Shown piece by piece: positions 63,697-64,000 of a stretch of 64,000 bases of DNA (within the stretch, counting starts at the first letter, position 1; each line of letters begins with the position of its first letter). A model generated the notes under the pieces. That model was not told the DNA's origin, searched no databases, and saw only the letters and a program-made list of their open reading frames with translations. The stretch is from an uncultured delta proteobacterium (lineage in GTDB: Bacteria; Desulfobacterota; Binatia; UBA9968), in NCBI GenBank assembly GCA_963847445.1, contig CAWJZV010000024.1, forward strand, positions 64,001-128,000, in the 5' to 3' direction. The position numbers and the translations under genes were made by a program.

Positions 63697-64000
63697 TCAC
63701 GCCTTCCCGTGCAGCGCCGCATAGACTTTTTCCGCCGTCACCGGTGTGTCGAATATCCGCACGCCGCAGGCATCCTGCACGGCGTTGGCAATCGCCGCCG
63801 GCGGCGTCACGTTGGCGTGTTCGCCGATCCCCTTCGCTTCGTAGGGCCCGGGGCCGTTTTTGCCTTTGACCAGCACGGTTTTGAATTTCGGAATATCGAG
63901 AATATTGGGAATCTTGTACTCACCCAAGTTGGTGGTCGTCACCTTGCCTTGATCGTGGGTGAGCTCCTCCATCAGGCCGCTGCCGATCGCCATGATCGCC
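63697..64000 (-). CDS. Xanthine dehydrogenase-family Mo-binding subunit, C-terminal part (truncated by window)
   Basis: GLMEE, GEYKIP, GPYEAKGIGE, PAAIANAV, PVTAEKV. Confidence 0.88.
   Translation of the reverse strand, partial: AIMAIGSGLMEELTHDQGKVTTTNLGEYKIPNILDIPKFKTVLVKGKNGPGPYEAKGIGEHANVTPPAAIANAVQDACGVRIFDTPVTAEKVYAALHGKA

Overview
GC-rich bacterial chromosomal segment with about 50 genes. It is dominated by periplasmic solute-binding proteins (six TctC/TTT, five NMT1/SsuA-like, four SBP_bac_6-like, one ABC_sub_bind, one TAXI) and catabolic enzymes (four amidohydrolases, UbiD, gentisate-type dioxygenase, ThDP enzyme, two Mo-hydroxylase large subunits, M24 peptidase, GST). There are also two toxin-antitoxin pairs and a 12-kb ATP-grasp/Alpha-E/transglutaminase cluster. 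The gene content resembles Candidatus Binatia-type genomes (inference only). About 21 genes carry 1-bp frameshifts, most likely long-read assembly errors. Highlights not visible in the ORF track: (1) two in-frame UGA codons at Cys/Sec-equivalent positions, each followed by a SECIS-like hairpin. One is in a GrdB-like reductase with an atypical U-x-x-S-x-x-C motif (11271); the other is in a YccU-like CoA-binding protein where D-R-C becomes D-R-U (43850), a candidate little-known selenoprotein family. (2) A ~180-210 bp non-coding element in four copies, always inserted at the same AG/CT dinucleotide inside another palindromic repeat, with empty target sites also present. (3) Tandem TctC genes punctuated by ~130-bp palindromes. 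(4) A BrnTA pair with integron-cassette boundaries. (5) A transglutaminase with Ser replacing the catalytic Cys. No rRNA, tRNA or CRISPR array was seen.
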